Assembly: GCF_964355755.1 (NCBI RefSeq) | Contig: NC_092675.1 | Span: 14,294,912 to 14,358,911 of the forward strand | DNA length: 64,000 nucleotides | Direction of reading: 5' to 3' | Origin: Antedon mediterranea | Taxonomy: Eukaryota; Animalia; Echinodermata | In this document: in pieces, positions 50,538 through 62,366 of the stretch | How the letters are laid out: the number at the start of each line of letters is the position of its first letter | Position numbering within the stretch: the stretch's first letter is position 1 | Translations under genes and position numbers: made by a program | The notes under the pieces: generated by a model | Told to the model about the DNA's origin: nothing | Seen by the model: only the letters and a program-made list of their open reading frames with translations | The model's database searches: none

Positions 50538-52763
50538 ATGGTTATTCGTAGGAGAGGACGTGAGTTGGCCAAAAAGATACTATATTTAAGAATATTAACG
50601 AGAAGGATTAGAGGAGAAAGGAGTTGAACAAAGAACCAAGAATCCACAAGTTCTGGGAGAGGAAAGTGCTAAAAGAAAGAATAGAGTTCGGGCAGTACCA
50701 TACATTATTTAAGACCCTGATAAAAAACGACAGAGAATGGTTTTTTAGGTAGGCCTAGGCCTAGGCCTATATATATTAATAACATTTAATTATTATTAAT
50801 ATCTTTTTAGGCCTAGGCCTAGATGTTTAATTGTAATTTGCATTTATAATTATAAAGGCCCTAGGCCTAGGCCTAGTAGAGTACATGGCCATCATACATG
50901 GACCTGGCTAAAGATGAAGGTCACAGTTCATTTCAGCCGCCAAGCTGGCGTCTATATAAAGACGATGGTGAGTAAAATAGGCCTAGGCTAGGATAGGCCT
51001 ATATAGGCTTACAGTATTTAGGCCTATATGCTATGATCAAGACACTCCTAGACAGATCTTTATTCTAGGCTAGTAAAGTAGGTAGGTTACTACAACTAGA
51101 ATCCAGTCCACACATGGTCTACACTACTACTACTACTGTACACCCATCTACAGTGGTAGCCTAGAGAAGTACTAAACGGATAAGAAGTATGTATTACTCC
51201 TACTGTTATTATTATGTTGAAAAATTAAAATCTAAATTGATTAAATAGTGCATGCAGTACACAATGAACAATTGTAGTCTAAATAAAATATCCCAAACAA
51301 AAGTGCATTTATTGCCGTAGAAGATTGAATACATAACATAATCACAAATAATACATTTACTAATCATGAATTAACTTTGACATTTGGCAAATCAATTCTG
51401 TTATTACTTCTTAAAATAGTCACGGAACAATTGCATAATTTGTAGTTCCATATCTTCCTTGTCTTCCAAGTCGTCCGAGACATTACCCAATAAGTCGGCT
51501 TCTTCTGTTTCATTTTGCAACTCAGTACCTTCTCCTAAAATTACAATAAATAGTGTTTTATTTTTATTTTTAAGCCTTGAAAGTATGTAGTGTTGGTACA
51601 AACTATTTTGTAGTAATGTGAATGTAAAATGTCATTTTTTGTTATTTATAATTTTGTTTATTGTCTTCAGGTATTTAAGGATGACGCCGGAAAGATTTAG
51701 TCACCTTCTGTCTGCGGTTGAGCCCTATCTAAAGATAAGACAAGACAGAGGTCGTACTGCAATTTCAGCAGAAGAAAGGCTTGTGATAACTTTGCGTTAT
51801 CTGGCAACGGGTGACTCGATGGCATCACAAACATTTAACTTTCGGGTTGGTCGTGCAACAGTTTCTAACATAATCCGGAAAGTTTGTGATTCAATTTGGA
51901 CAGCTTTAAATAAGAAATACCTAAGGCTACCCTCAAGTGAGAGTGAATGGATGGCAATTGCAGAAAAATTTGAAAGTGATTGGAATGTTCCTCATGCGAT
52001 TGGTGCAGTAGACGGTAAGCACATTGCTATCGAGTGTCCCAAATTTGGCGGCTCGATGTACTATAACTATAAAGGCTTTCATAGTACAGTATTAATGGCA
52101 ATTTGTGATGCCAGTTACTCATTTGTATGGACAAGCATTGGCTCATATGGGCGGGATAATGATGCCGCTATTTTTGGTGCGTCATCATTTTTCAAAAGAG
52201 CTGATTTTGGAATGCTAAAGCTGCCACCACCATCGGTTGTGGGTGGTCAACAATTGCCTTATGTTTTATTAGGGGATGATATATTTCCTCTTAAAACTTG
52301 GTTAATAAAACCATATGGTGGCAACAATTTGACTGATGAAGAGGAAGTGGCAAATTATAGGACATCGAGAGGACGCCCAACCATCGAAAACACCTTTGGT
52401 GTAATGGCTGCAAGGTGGCGCATATTTAGGCGTCCTATAAGAGCAAATATTGAAACTGTTGACCAGAATACAAAAGCTGTAATCTGCCTACACAATTACC
52501 TAATGCAAACTGATAACGCACACTACATACCCAGCGGGTTTGTTGACAGCTGGAGCAATGCAGAATTTAAAGAAGGGGAATGGCGCAGTGTTGTGTAAGA
52601 TGATGAAACTGACCTTCAAAATATAAGAAGTGTGGGGTCAAACAATTATACGGCTACTGCCAAAGAAACAAGAGATAGGTTTCGAGACTACTTTAACAGC
52701 CAGGAAGGTGCTGTTCCTTGGCAGTATGATGTGGTACACAATTGCGGTCCTTTGGCATCTTAA
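50538..52763 (+). pseudogene. Harbinger 2 transposase (ALP1/HARBI1-like), exons 50538-50748 and 51671-52763
   Basis: FWERKVL..GQYHTLF..DREWFFR|YLRM; GAVDGKHI, DNDAAIF, LGDDIFPL, IENTFG; frameshift near 50610 and premature TAA at 52596 before the conserved tail RDRFRDYFNSQEGAVPWQ. Confidence 0.9.
51404..51534 (-). other. Probable last exon of the Harbinger 2 MADF gene, lying in the transposase intron
   Basis: ttttag|ga gaa ggt...EDMELQIMQLFRDYFKK*; phase 1 matches the donor at 61608; AATAAA downstream at ~51308-51313. Confidence 0.6.
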
Positions 52764-53094
52764 AAGTGTTGTTAGTAAATTGTTTAAAATATGTATTTGT
52801 AATCTTCCTGTTTTGTAAATAATCTATATGACATTTTTTTTAATCTATTTTCAAATATGTTCTGAGTAATTTTTAATATTGACAAATCTTGTTTATTGAA
52901 GAAAAAAAATAACAATGTTGTAGTTTATGCTTGCTATAACTTGCATTCATAATTATTTTTTGTTGTCTTGTCCTTGTACTATGGTTTACATTTCCAAACA
53001 TTCCAAATAAAAATCGATTTTACATGAGCAAAAATTATTTAAATATATTGCTGATGTTGCAGAACGTTAACAAATATTTATATTTGATTGCTAC

Positions 53095-53682
53095 TGTAAT
53101 ATAATGTTGGGTTGTTGAGGTACTAATGAAGGACTCTGACTCGCTTGACTGTCGTAACACATATATTATTTATTCAGTATAATACTTCAGTACAATATAC
53201 AACTATAAGTATACATAAGGAACGCGGAGGATCAATGATGCTGTCGGTGAGGTGTGAAGTGTGTAGGTCTGCTGTGAGGTGTGTGCTCCGTGAGGTGGCT
53301 GTAAGGTGTGTCTGGGCCCTTCTGAAACTTGGGAGTATATTGGCTCAGTTCATTTGCATAATGTCATTACATCATCTGTGAGGGTAACGATTGGTCCTAA
53401 GTTGGTCCAGGGGTGTTTAAGTGGGAGTGATTAACGGTATAATAAGGTATTTCTGTGATGGATGACACTGTCAAATCTGTACTTAAATAGTGTCGATCAC
53501 TCGATGGGAAAGTCACAAAATTAAGCTAAGTGTTTTCTTTAGGGACTCTATTATAAACTAAATGGTCATTAAAACATCTGGACAAACTCTCCTTTGGACT
53601 TTCTGGGTCAAGTTTGTGAACCTATTTGAATTCCGATACAAAGGTCAATTTCTTAAATATAAAGGTATATCAATATATTACA
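53095..53682 (-). repeat. 3' LTR of Gypsy 2 (588 bp)
   Basis: TGTAA...TTACA. Confidence 0.97.
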
Positions 53683-54580
53683 TCCCTCTGTTTCCCCTTT
53701 TTTTTTAAATCTATTTAACATATAAAATGGTTATAATAGTGGCATGCAAAATTAAAGTTATATAAAAGAAAAAAAACATTATTATACATATATGCAAAAT
53801 TGAGTTAGCCAAAACCATTGACTCTGAAGTGTAACCTTATCACTTTCACTCTCTCTCTTCTCTCTCTTTAAAAAAATGAAATTAAAAATGAATTTGGTAT
53901 AAAATTCGCGTAAATCAAACATAAATCAGTTGAAACTAAAAATACAAAACTTAAAAATAGTATGTTACATTGAACATACGTCAAATCGTGCGACAACTCA
54001 TCGCGTTCTAATGGCCTTCAAACATAAATCATCAAATTAAAACATAAAACTCAAGAAAACTGCGGCTGATTAGCCTAAAATCAAAATATCAAACTTAATC
54101 ACTTAAAACTTTAAAAGAAACAAATGTGTGTGTCCCGTTGACACAAACTTATCCACAATATATCGTTATCGTCACAACTTTATCGATTTAAGCATTTATA
54201 TTTACAGGTAATTACGATTTCAATCGGTCGACAAATTCGACTTTTGTACTCAATGTTAAAAAAATTACAATTAAAAGTACTAAGAAAATCTCCTGTTCTT
54301 GTATATCAATTAATTAATGCTTGAGATTAACGACTCAAGGTTAAACAAAATATTTGTTACAAAATGATTGTCGTTCTTTTTAATATCTCAATATATCGAT
54401 CATTCAAAATTCAAAATTAATCATTATCAAAAAACTCGTTACAAAATCAATACTTAATCATAATTTTAATTCTCCTTTAACTGAAATCACATCATTACTA
54501 AACAAATCTCATCAAATACGTAGACTATGCTATCATTTAGCAAATGTCGTAATTAAAAAAACTCCTTGCAAAAAATTAAA

Positions 54581-57500
54581 TCAGTAACTTGTTGCATTGT
54601 ACAAACGTTTTATGAATCGTTTTGGCGATCCACTTATCGGTATCTGTTTATCATTAATGATCTCTTTAATTAATTTATCTGTATCGTTATATCTGTCAAT
54701 ATTCCACCAAAATTTGCGATCATTAGATTCGTGTTTTGTTTTATCGGTGTTGCGTTTGGCTGAAGTCGGTTTAGAATACGAAACTAAAACTTGGAAATGT
54801 CCTGCTTTAAATCTACCTCGGTTTAATGTCATATTTGAATCATTAGGTGCTGTCCTAATTAAATTAGTTTGTTCCTTAATTTGTTCTTCTTTCATTTGGA
54901 ATGGGGCTGCTAATCCCATGTTATTCTCTACACATTCAATGTAAGGTTGCAAGTTAAGGGGTTCTACTTTAGTTGGATGTGTAAGGGTATCTGATTGCAA
55001 TTGGGCTGGTGTTCTATCATGTTCGTCTACAAATTCAACATTGATTTCGTCATTTACTACATTAATGGTGTTTTGGATTTTATCGTTATTATCATCAGTT
55101 GGTTCATTCAACAATTGTTTAAGTTTTTGTAGATGTGTAAAATTTTTGCGTTCTTTGGGTGTTCTCATAAAACAGGGTTTCAGTCTGTTATAATTGAATA
55201 CGTCGCGAAGTATTTCTCCTTTAATCGTCGCTAGGATGTAGTGTGTTCTGTCTAGTACTTCATGAATTACTAATGGTCCGACCCATTCTGCGGCGATTTT
55301 CTTTGAATTTGCTGTTAGTGATGATGATGTTGGCTTGTATAAATATACGAGTTGTCCTACTGAGTAAATTGGACTTTTTTCTAAGCGTTGGGAAATTTTT
55401 GAGTTTTGGACGTTTTGTTGTGTTCGTTGTAATTGTAGCATTGTCTGTGAAATGTTTTGAAATTTCTTCTTGAGGTGTTCAAAGTATTCTTCATAGGAAT
55501 GAGACAATCCTGAAATAGGGTTAAATGCTAATGAGGTCAAACTTGGAGGTTGGCGGCCAAAAACTAATTCGTAAGGGGAGTGGTTTCCTAGATGTGGGGA
55601 TGAAAACGAGTTGTAAGCATAACATGTTGTTGATACAAATCTAACCCAATCTGTTCCGAATTGGTTAAGGTTGACCTTTAACAGGTCCGATACAGTGCGG
55701 ATATGACGTTCAACTTGTAAACTACCGTGATTGTGGACGCTGATGATTTTCCTATCAATATTAAGGGTGTTACATAATAGTGTTAATAATTTTCCTGTAA
55801 GGGAGGTTGCTGCATCTGAAATAAGACGAGATGGGGGTCCAAAAATACTGATGACCTTTTGAATTAGTGCTTCACAAATTGTTTCGGCATCAATGGATTT
55901 CAAAGGAACACAAATCAAAAATCTAGTTATCTCATCACATACTACCATAATATGTTTAAAACCTGAAGGTGATGTTGGCATACTCTTAAAATCTAGACTG
56001 AGTGTATGAAAGGGACGGTAAGTTGCTGGTATTCGATCGTGTAAAGGACGTAATTTATCGGTTTTGGGACGAAATTGTTGACATCTAAGACACGCTTGGG
56101 TATAATTGTTGACTTTCTCGAACATAAGGGGCATGTAAAATAATTTCCTAATAGTAAGGTAAGTACGCATCGTACCTTGGTGGCTACTTAACAAATTGTC
56201 GTGATACTGAGAAATAACGGTCTCGGCTAAGTTTTCAGGAACAGCTAATTGCAATACAAATTCTCCACCTTTATCTTGGAAAAATAAACGGAATAGTAAA
56301 CCGTTGCACAATATGTACTGCTCTGACTTATTCTGAACTGCACGAGCTGCTTTCTTATCAGCTGGAAGGATATCATGAACTAAATAATCGTAAACTGGCT
56401 TAAAAAATGGTGAAGTTTCTTGTTCAACACGTAATTGTTTAACATCTACTGGGAGGTTATAATCTCTAATTATCTTTCTTTGAATAACATCCATTAATCT
56501 ATCTAAGTCTTGTTGTTTTGGGATGTGTGCTGACTTAAATTCAGTTATGTTGGGTACTAGTGGTTTGGGCGATGTATACAATTCAACTGGTACATTTCGA
56601 TGTGTAGTGTCTTTGCTTTGCTTATTTTTGTCTACTAGTCGTTCTTCTGGAGGTTGTCGAATGTTTACATTACGTATTGGGGGTGGTGTTACGATGGGTG
56701 GCGTTGTGAAGGGCGGTGATCGATGTGCGTTTGTTTGTTGTCTCGTGATTATTTGCGGTGTAGCGGTAGGTTGAGGTGTAGGTCGCGTGTTTGTTGTCAC
56801 TGGGTTTTGATTAATGACAGGCGTTTGTTTGGGTTTGGGTTTATGTAGGTCAGGTATATTTATTCCCATTTTCTTGGCGTATGACCTTGTTACTGGTCTG
56901 CTAGTAAATGTGTTTGTAATCGGGTTAAGAGATTCAGTCTCTGTAATATTAAATGCAATGGGTACAACTTGATCAATTTCGGAATCGTCATCACGAGGGG
57001 CTCGGGAGAGAAAATCTGCTAAAACTAATTCAGTTCCTTTCTTATAACCAATTTGGAAAATGTATCCGGACAATCGTAATATTAGTTTCTGTAAACGGGG
57101 TGTACATGGCTGATCTTTTGAATTCCAAATTTGTACAATTGCTGAGTGGTCTACGAATGCATCAAATTCGCAACCCTTTAGTAAGTGTCGAAATGCTGAA
57201 ACGTTAATGTAAAGTCCAAATAACTCTAATTCTGTGACGCTATATCGTTGACAGGCTTGTGGTAAGATTTTGGAATAATAACCTATTATGTGTTCTTTAC
57301 CGTTTACTGTTTGTGTTAAATATGAACCTGTTGCGGTTCTTGAAGTGTCGCTATATAGCGTAAATCTACCTTCTTTTCTAGGCATTTGAAGAGTAGGTGG
57401 TTTAACCATTAATTGTTTAATTTCGTCAAATGCTTTCTGGTGGTCAGTAGACCAAACAAATTTTCGGCGTTTACTTGCGAGTGTATGTAACGGACGTAAA

Positions 57501-59194
57501 ATTGATTGTATTTGAGGGAAAAAATGGGATACATAATTTACTGCACCAATAAATCGTTTAGTTTCTTTATGGGTTCGTGGGACTGGCAAATTTCGGATAG
57601 CTGCACACCTGTCGCCTAATGGTGTGATACATGCGTGTCCTGAAGAATTAATCAGGATGGTGTGTCCCATATATTGCACTTTATTCTTGAATAACTTACA
57701 TTTCTTTGGACAAATTCTAAAACCATTTAATTGTAGGGCTTGTAAAACGGAAACGAGGTGCTGCTTATGAGCAAATTTGTCTTGGCTAAATAAAATAATA
57801 TCATCATGATGGGCGATACAGAATTCTCTAGAATTTGGGATTTCATTTAAAATTTCGTCAATCTTTGCTTGAAATATACCTGGTGAAACGTTTAATCCTT
57901 GTGCTAATCTCTTATAATAATAATGCTTTCCACCATGATATGAAGCTATACCTGTGTATTGTTGGGCATGTTCGGCTAATGGTACACAGTGGAACGCTGA
58001 TTTCAAATCAATTACGCTAAGAATCTGTGCATTAGCGTTACCTATTGTTTTCAAAGTTTCGGCCAATAATGGGAATGGGTGATTAATACGTTTTATCCTG
58101 GAATTGAGATAGCGGAAGTCTGTGACAACTCTTTTATCTTTTGAATTTTTCTTTGAAACAAGAAGGACAGGGGAAGTATACGATTGGTGTCCTACTGCTA
58201 AGATTCCTAATTTGACTAATTTGTTCAATTCGGCCTCAATAACATTTTTGTCTTTGTCTGTCGCGAAGTATGGGCGAATAAAAAATGGTTCATCGTTAGA
58301 GAGGTGTATGTCGGCTTTGAAGTTTGGGCAGCTAGATAGTTCACCATAAAGTGAAAATGCGTTTCTGTTTTGTTGTAAGGTTTTATACAAATCTTCTTTT
58401 TCTCTATGTGTTAAAACGCTGTCTGTTAAATCAACTTGTTTTCTAATTATTTCTTCCTCGGTTAAAGTTAGCAATGGGTCTGTACGTTCTAAATGTGGGT
58501 ACTTGTTTGCGTTGTCATTGGTCAACTTTATTCTGTCAATTGGTAGGTCGTTAGTAACTGTTACAAGGTTGGTTAAGTGAAGGCTCGCGATAGGTTGATG
58601 TGTATTTAGAGATACGTTTCTGTTTGTGTTGTTAGTGATATCAATGTTGGTTTCTCCTCTATGTAATTTTACTAACATATCTGATGGACAAAGTTTTGAA
58701 ATATGGGTGGTTGCATGTAGAACAACATCAGAATTGCGTACGAAGGCGGGAACCCTTCCTTTTAATTTAACTGTTTTAGTATCACCGGGTTTAAGAAAAA
58801 TCTTGTGTACTGGACGAAAGCTAAAAATCTTTGGTCTAATGCGAAATGTGTTTTCCTTAAAATTTAAAGTACCGTCGAGTTCAGACAATGTTTCGGTTCC
58901 AAGTATCAGGTCAATACCTGTCAAATTTTTAACGATTAATGCTGAAATTTTAAATTTGTGTCCTTGGATAAATAATTCGAATTGCACTAAGTGGTTGGAA
59001 TATAAGAAGTCACCGTTACCTAATCGAAATTTAGTTGTGTTCACTTTAACTGGCTTTAAACGCGATAAATAAAGTGAGGAATTAACGTACGATTGTGAGA
59101 TTATAGTTCTAGTTGAACCACTGTCAAATAAAGTTAAAACATTTCTACCATCTGGTAAATTTCCTTTAACGTAATTTCTGTCGTTAAGTAACAA
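54581..59194 (-). CDS. Gypsy 2 pol (PR-RT-RH-IN plus a long C-terminal extension), probably reached by -1 frameshift
   Basis: LFDSGS; IDLKSAF, HHDD; YSDTS, ELELF, VDHSA, ADFLSR; H..H..CLRC, LDFK, ISDAA, VERH; the frame stays open up to the gag end. Confidence 0.95.
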   Translation of the reverse strand: MLLNDRNYVKGNLPDGRNVLTLFDSGSTRTIISQSYVNSSLYLSRLKPVKVNTTKFRLGNGDFLYSNHLVQFELFIQGHKFKISALIVKNLTGIDLILGTETLSELDGTLNFKENTFRIRPKIFSFRPVHKIFLKPGDTKTVKLKGRVPAFVRNSDVVLHATTHISKLCPSDMLVKLHRGETNIDITNNTNRNVSLNTHQPIASLHLTNLVTVTNDLPIDRIKLTNDNANKYPHLERTDPLLTLTEEEIIRKQVDLTDSVLTHREKEDLYKTLQQNRNAFSLYGELSSCPNFKADIHLSNDEPFFIRPYFATDKDKNVIEAELNKLVKLGILAVGHQSYTSPVLLVSKKNSKDKRVVTDFRYLNSRIKRINHPFPLLAETLKTIGNANAQILSVIDLKSAFHCVPLAEHAQQYTGIASYHGGKHYYYKRLAQGLNVSPGIFQAKIDEILNEIPNSREFCIAHHDDIILFSQDKFAHKQHLVSVLQALQLNGFRICPKKCKLFKNKVQYMGHTILINSSGHACITPLGDRCAAIRNLPVPRTHKETKRFIGAVNYVSHFFPQIQSILRPLHTLASKRRKFVWSTDHQKAFDEIKQLMVKPPTLQMPRKEGRFTLYSDTSRTATGSYLTQTVNGKEHIIGYYSKILPQACQRYSVTELELFGLYINVSAFRHLLKGCEFDAFVDHSAIVQIWNSKDQPCTPRLQKLILRLSGYIFQIGYKKGTELVLADFLSRAPRDDDSEIDQVVPIAFNITETESLNPITNTFTSRPVTRSYAKKMGINIPDLHKPKPKQTPVINQNPVTTNTRPTPQPTATPQIITRQQTNAHRSPPFTTPPIVTPPPIRNVNIRQPPEERLVDKNKQSKDTTHRNVPVELYTSPKPLVPNITEFKSAHIPKQQDLDRLMDVIQRKIIRDYNLPVDVKQLRVEQETSPFFKPVYDYLVHDILPADKKAARAVQNKSEQYILCNGLLFRLFFQDKGGEFVLQLAVPENLAETVISQYHDNLLSSHQGTMRTYLTIRKLFYMPLMFEKVNNYTQACLRCQQFRPKTDKLRPLHDRIPATYRPFHTLSLDFKSMPTSPSGFKHIMVVCDEITRFLICVPLKSIDAETICEALIQKVISIFGPPSRLISDAATSLTGKLLTLLCNTLNIDRKIISVHNHGSLQVERHIRTVSDLLKVNLNQFGTDWVRFVSTTCYAYNSFSSPHLGNHSPYELVFGRQPPSLTSLAFNPISGLSHSYEEYFEHLKKKFQNISQTMLQLQRTQQNVQNSKISQRLEKSPIYSVGQLVYLYKPTSSSLTANSKKIAAEWVGPLVIHEVLDRTHYILATIKGEILRDVFNYNRLKPCFMRTPKERKNFTHLQKLKQLLNEPTDDNNDKIQNTINVVNDEINVEFVDEHDRTPAQLQSDTLTHPTKVEPLNLQPYIECVENNMGLAAPFQMKEEQIKEQTNLIRTAPNDSNMTLNRGRFKAGHFQVLVSYSKPTSAKRNTDKTKHESNDRKFWWNIDRYNDTDKLIKEIINDKQIPISGSPKRFIKRLYNATSY

Positions 59195-59286
59195 ATCAAT
59201 ATTATCTGAATTCCCTAAGTATTTTGCCTTAAAATTGTCGTATTTAGTATGGGAGGCCAGATTATAGGCGGCATCTAGTCCCCTTT

Positions 59287-60252
59287 TTAAAAATCCTGCT
59301 GGTGGCTAGGGTAGTAATTGTTTGACTGTTGGTATGGGTATGGCGGGGGATAGTTTCCGTAAGAGCGGTTTTGTTGTCGGCAGTGCCTTGCTATGTGGCC
59401 TGGTTTCCCGCAGTAATAACAGGTTGGGGGAGGTTGTCTATATCTTGGGGTCGGTGGGGTCTGGAATCGGGGTTTGTATGGGCTTGGGCTTCGGTTTCGT
59501 CTTGGGATATAATTTCGGGTGGGGGAACGTGAGCGTCGAGTATCATCATTAAGGGATCGTTTTGTTGTGGCCATGTCTAACTTGAGAGAATTTATCTCAT
59601 GTTGGAGCGATTCGAGACTATTAGGCCTATCTGTTTCCTTATTGATATTGAATGAAACTTCCCGTGTGGCATCATCTACGGAAAGGTCAAGGTAATTTTG
59701 TGTGCTATTTACAATATTTTCAATAGTGGCATCGATTGGGGTGGACATGGCTACAGCTGCTCTACATTTTGGTGGAAGGGTCGAAATAAATTTATTCTTT
59801 ATCTGCTGGTCAGCGTATCCAATTCTGTCTGCGGCTTGTTTGATTTTGGTTAAGTGCTTTTCGGCGTTGTCGCCAGTGGTGTATGTAATTGAATCGTATT
59901 CTCTTATGTGCGCATAGATTGATTTGTTTTTACTAAACCTGTTGATGAATTGGGTTTTTAAGGATTCTAGTGAATCGAACTGCTTTCCCTCAATCCAGAG
60001 TCTAGCTTGGCCCTGAAGGCTACGTTTAAAAATACTTATTACATTAATTAATTGGGCATTGTTTACAGGGTTTTCTAACGCGTGGGCCTCAAGGTAGTCG
60101 GTAAACGATAAGTAATGTGCACTACATTGGTCGTGATCGGTTATGGAACCGTCATATCTTTTGGGAAGGAAATCGGTTTGTCTTAGGTGGGGCACGGGGT
60201 GAGGATTGACGGGCTCATTTAAAATTACTTCGTTATCAACAACGTCGACCAT
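59287..60252 (-). CDS. Gypsy 2 gag with CCHC knuckle
   Basis: FKRSLQGQARLWI capsid-like motif, RS/P-rich region, CYYCGKPGHIARHC. Confidence 0.93.
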   Translation of the reverse strand: MVDVVDNEVILNEPVNPHPVPHLRQTDFLPKRYDGSITDHDQCSAHYLSFTDYLEAHALENPVNNAQLINVISIFKRSLQGQARLWIEGKQFDSLESLKTQFINRFSKNKSIYAHIREYDSITYTTGDNAEKHLTKIKQAADRIGYADQQIKNKFISTLPPKCRAAVAMSTPIDATIENIVNSTQNYLDLSVDDATREVSFNINKETDRPNSLESLQHEINSLKLDMATTKRSLNDDTRRSRSPTRNYIPRRNRSPSPYKPRFQTPPTPRYRQPPPTCYYCGKPGHIARHCRQQNRSYGNYPPPYPYQQSNNYYPSHQQDF

Positions 60253-60904
60253 ACTTTATAATATTAATTAATCAAAATATCAAAACAATTTAGTGTATAT
60301 ATATGTAAACTCTCACTTTTCAATCAAGGTTACAAATCAAAATTCGAAATGGTTTCGACTTACCCCAAATGCTTCGGATCCAATTAAAATGAATTAAAAG
60401 AATGCAAAAGTGTTCAAAAATGTTTAAATGTTCAAACAACGAATTAAAAAAAATGCGAAAGGTGTTCATCAATGTTCAAAAAAGTAAATGTTAAAAAAAA
60501 CGGCGTGAAGTTGAAAGTCTCTAAACGAAACAGTTCTTGTCCGCTTGCTTCTGTTTTGATTCTTCTTGGGTCTTCCTCGATTATCTTCTTTGTCTTTATC
60601 CAATGGTTATAATTTCATAAAATTTCTGCTTGTCTCGATTTCATTCAAATATAATTTCAGCTTGTCTTTTGTGTCTTCCTCGATTATCTTCTTTGTCTTC
60701 ATCCAATGGTAATAATTTGATCAAATTTCTGCTTGTCTCGATCTCATTCAAATATAATTTCAGCTTGTCTTTTGAGTCAAAGTAAATTTCTCTCCTTTCA
60801 AACAAATATGGTTATTTTTGTCTTCGTCTTCGTCTTCGTGTCTTGTTAAGTGTTTATTTCTTGTTTTCTCACTCCGTTCCTTATGAAATTCGGGTCTTCC
60901 ACCA

Positions 60905-61488
60905 TGTAATATAATGTTGGGTTGTTGAGGTACTAATGAAGGACTCTGACTCGCTTGACTGTCGTAACACATATATTATTTATTCAGTATAATACTTCAG
61001 TACAATATACAACTATAAGTATACATAAGGAACGCGGAGGATCAATGATGCTGTCGGTGAGGTGTGAAGTGTGTAGGTCTGCTGTGAGGTGTGTGCTCCG
61101 TGAGGTGGCTGTAAGGTGTGTCTGGGCCCTTCTGAAACTTGGGAGTATATTGGCTCAGTTCATTTGCATAATGTCATTACATCATCTGTGAGGGTAACGA
61201 TTGGTCCTAAGTTGGTCCAGGGGTGTTTAAGTGGGAGTGATTAACGGTATAATAAGGTATTTCTGTGATGGATGACACTGTCAAATCTGTACTTAAATAG
61301 TGTCGATCACTCGATGGGAAAGTCACAAAATTAAGCTAAGTGTTTTCTTTAGGGACTCTATTATAAACTAAATGGTCATTAAAACATCTGGACAAACTCT
61401 CCTTTGGACTTTCTGGGTCAAGTTTGTGAACCTATTTGAATTCCGATACAAAGGTCAATTTCTTAAATATAAAGGTATATCAATATAT
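60905..61488 (-). repeat. 5' LTR of Gypsy 2, outer 4 bp missing
   Basis: Ends caatatat|gttatt instead of caatatattaca; no TSD. Confidence 0.95.
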
Positions 61489-61607
61489 GTTATTAAATGT
61501 TGTTAATGAGATATTGAGATGTAAAATTACTTTTATTTGTTTATCCTCATTTCAAATAGTGTGATAAAAAATTTAGTGTGTGGTGGTTGATAAATACAAT
61601 TAATTAC

Positions 61608-62150
61608 CTGAGTCGTCAAAGTCCAGCTCCAACACTTGTTGAGTTTCGGAAAAAAAGCCGTGTGCATTCAGATGAAGCTTCTGACTCGGTTAATGAAATT
61701 GACATTTCTTCGGACTCTAGTGTCTTCCTATGATTTATATGTTTAATCAACCATCTCATGTGTTCCCACTCATGGCCAATTGGGAGGATGTCATCCCTGC
61801 CTGCACCACTACGGACACTAGCCCTAACCTTCTTTAGATGTCTACAAAAGTAATAATAATTATAATTATTATTACAATAATAATAATAACGATTATTATT
61901 ATAATAACTATAATTATGATTATAATAATAATAATAAGGGCCTAGCCTAGGCCTTACACTCTACCTGGAAAATGCTGTTCTTCGAGTGTTATAAATTTGT
62001 TGGCACTCTTCTACTGCGACGTTAACATCTTTAGAAACAGCTTCCCACCCATTTTTTTCCCCCGTTTTCCACTTTTGTATTCTTTGGTATTTTTGTCATA
62101 TAGACAAAGATAAGCTTGAATAGCGTCAAACACACGGACTTCTTTACATC
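61608..62150 (-). pseudogene. Harbinger 2 MADF-domain gene, exons ~62150-61965 and 61841-61608, frameshifted in homopolymers
   Basis: VFDAIQAYLCLYDKNTKEYK..WEAVSKDVNVAVEECQQIYNTRRTAFSR|HLKK..SGAG..WEHMRWL; not in the ORF track. Confidence 0.8.
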
Positions 62151-62334
62151 TATTGGATTTTTTTACCCGGCGATGTTATTTACATATAGGCCTACAGTTC
62201 ATCTATTGGATTTTTTTACCCGGTTTTTATTTCCTTTTTTATAAATAAATTCAAATGGTGTAGGCTAATTATAATTATTTATTTTCATTATCAAATGAAT
62301 TATCATATGCCTATAAATTGTGTTTAGATTCAAG

Positions 62335-62366
62335 CATGGATTAAAGAATCTATTCTTTAATCCATG
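62335..62366. mobile_element. 32-bp hairpin with 7-bp TSD; probable P-element-type excision footprint
   Basis: attcaag|catggattaaagaat-ct-attctttaatccatg|attcaag. Confidence 0.6.

Larger units (their letters stand above)
53095..61488 (-). mobile_element. Ty3/Gypsy LTR retrotransposon 2, intact ORFs, very young
   Basis: LTRs 53095-53682 and 60905-61488 show no difference on reading; PPT aaggggaaacagaggga; PBS tggtggaagacccg; gag plus 1537-aa pol. Confidence 0.97.

Noticed and set aside
53145-53381. Identical 78-aa ORFs here and at 60955-61191
   Set aside because: They lie in the LTRs on the antisense strand and are identical only because the LTRs are
53683-54580. env-like third ORF in Gypsy 2
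   Set aside because: Stop-rich, with no ORF of 60 aa or more and no signal or TM pattern
54597-59917. Plus-strand ORFs overlapping pol and gag (similarly 14095-14442, 18901-19116, 21580-21912, 37505-39083)
   Set aside because: Antisense shadows of real coding frames
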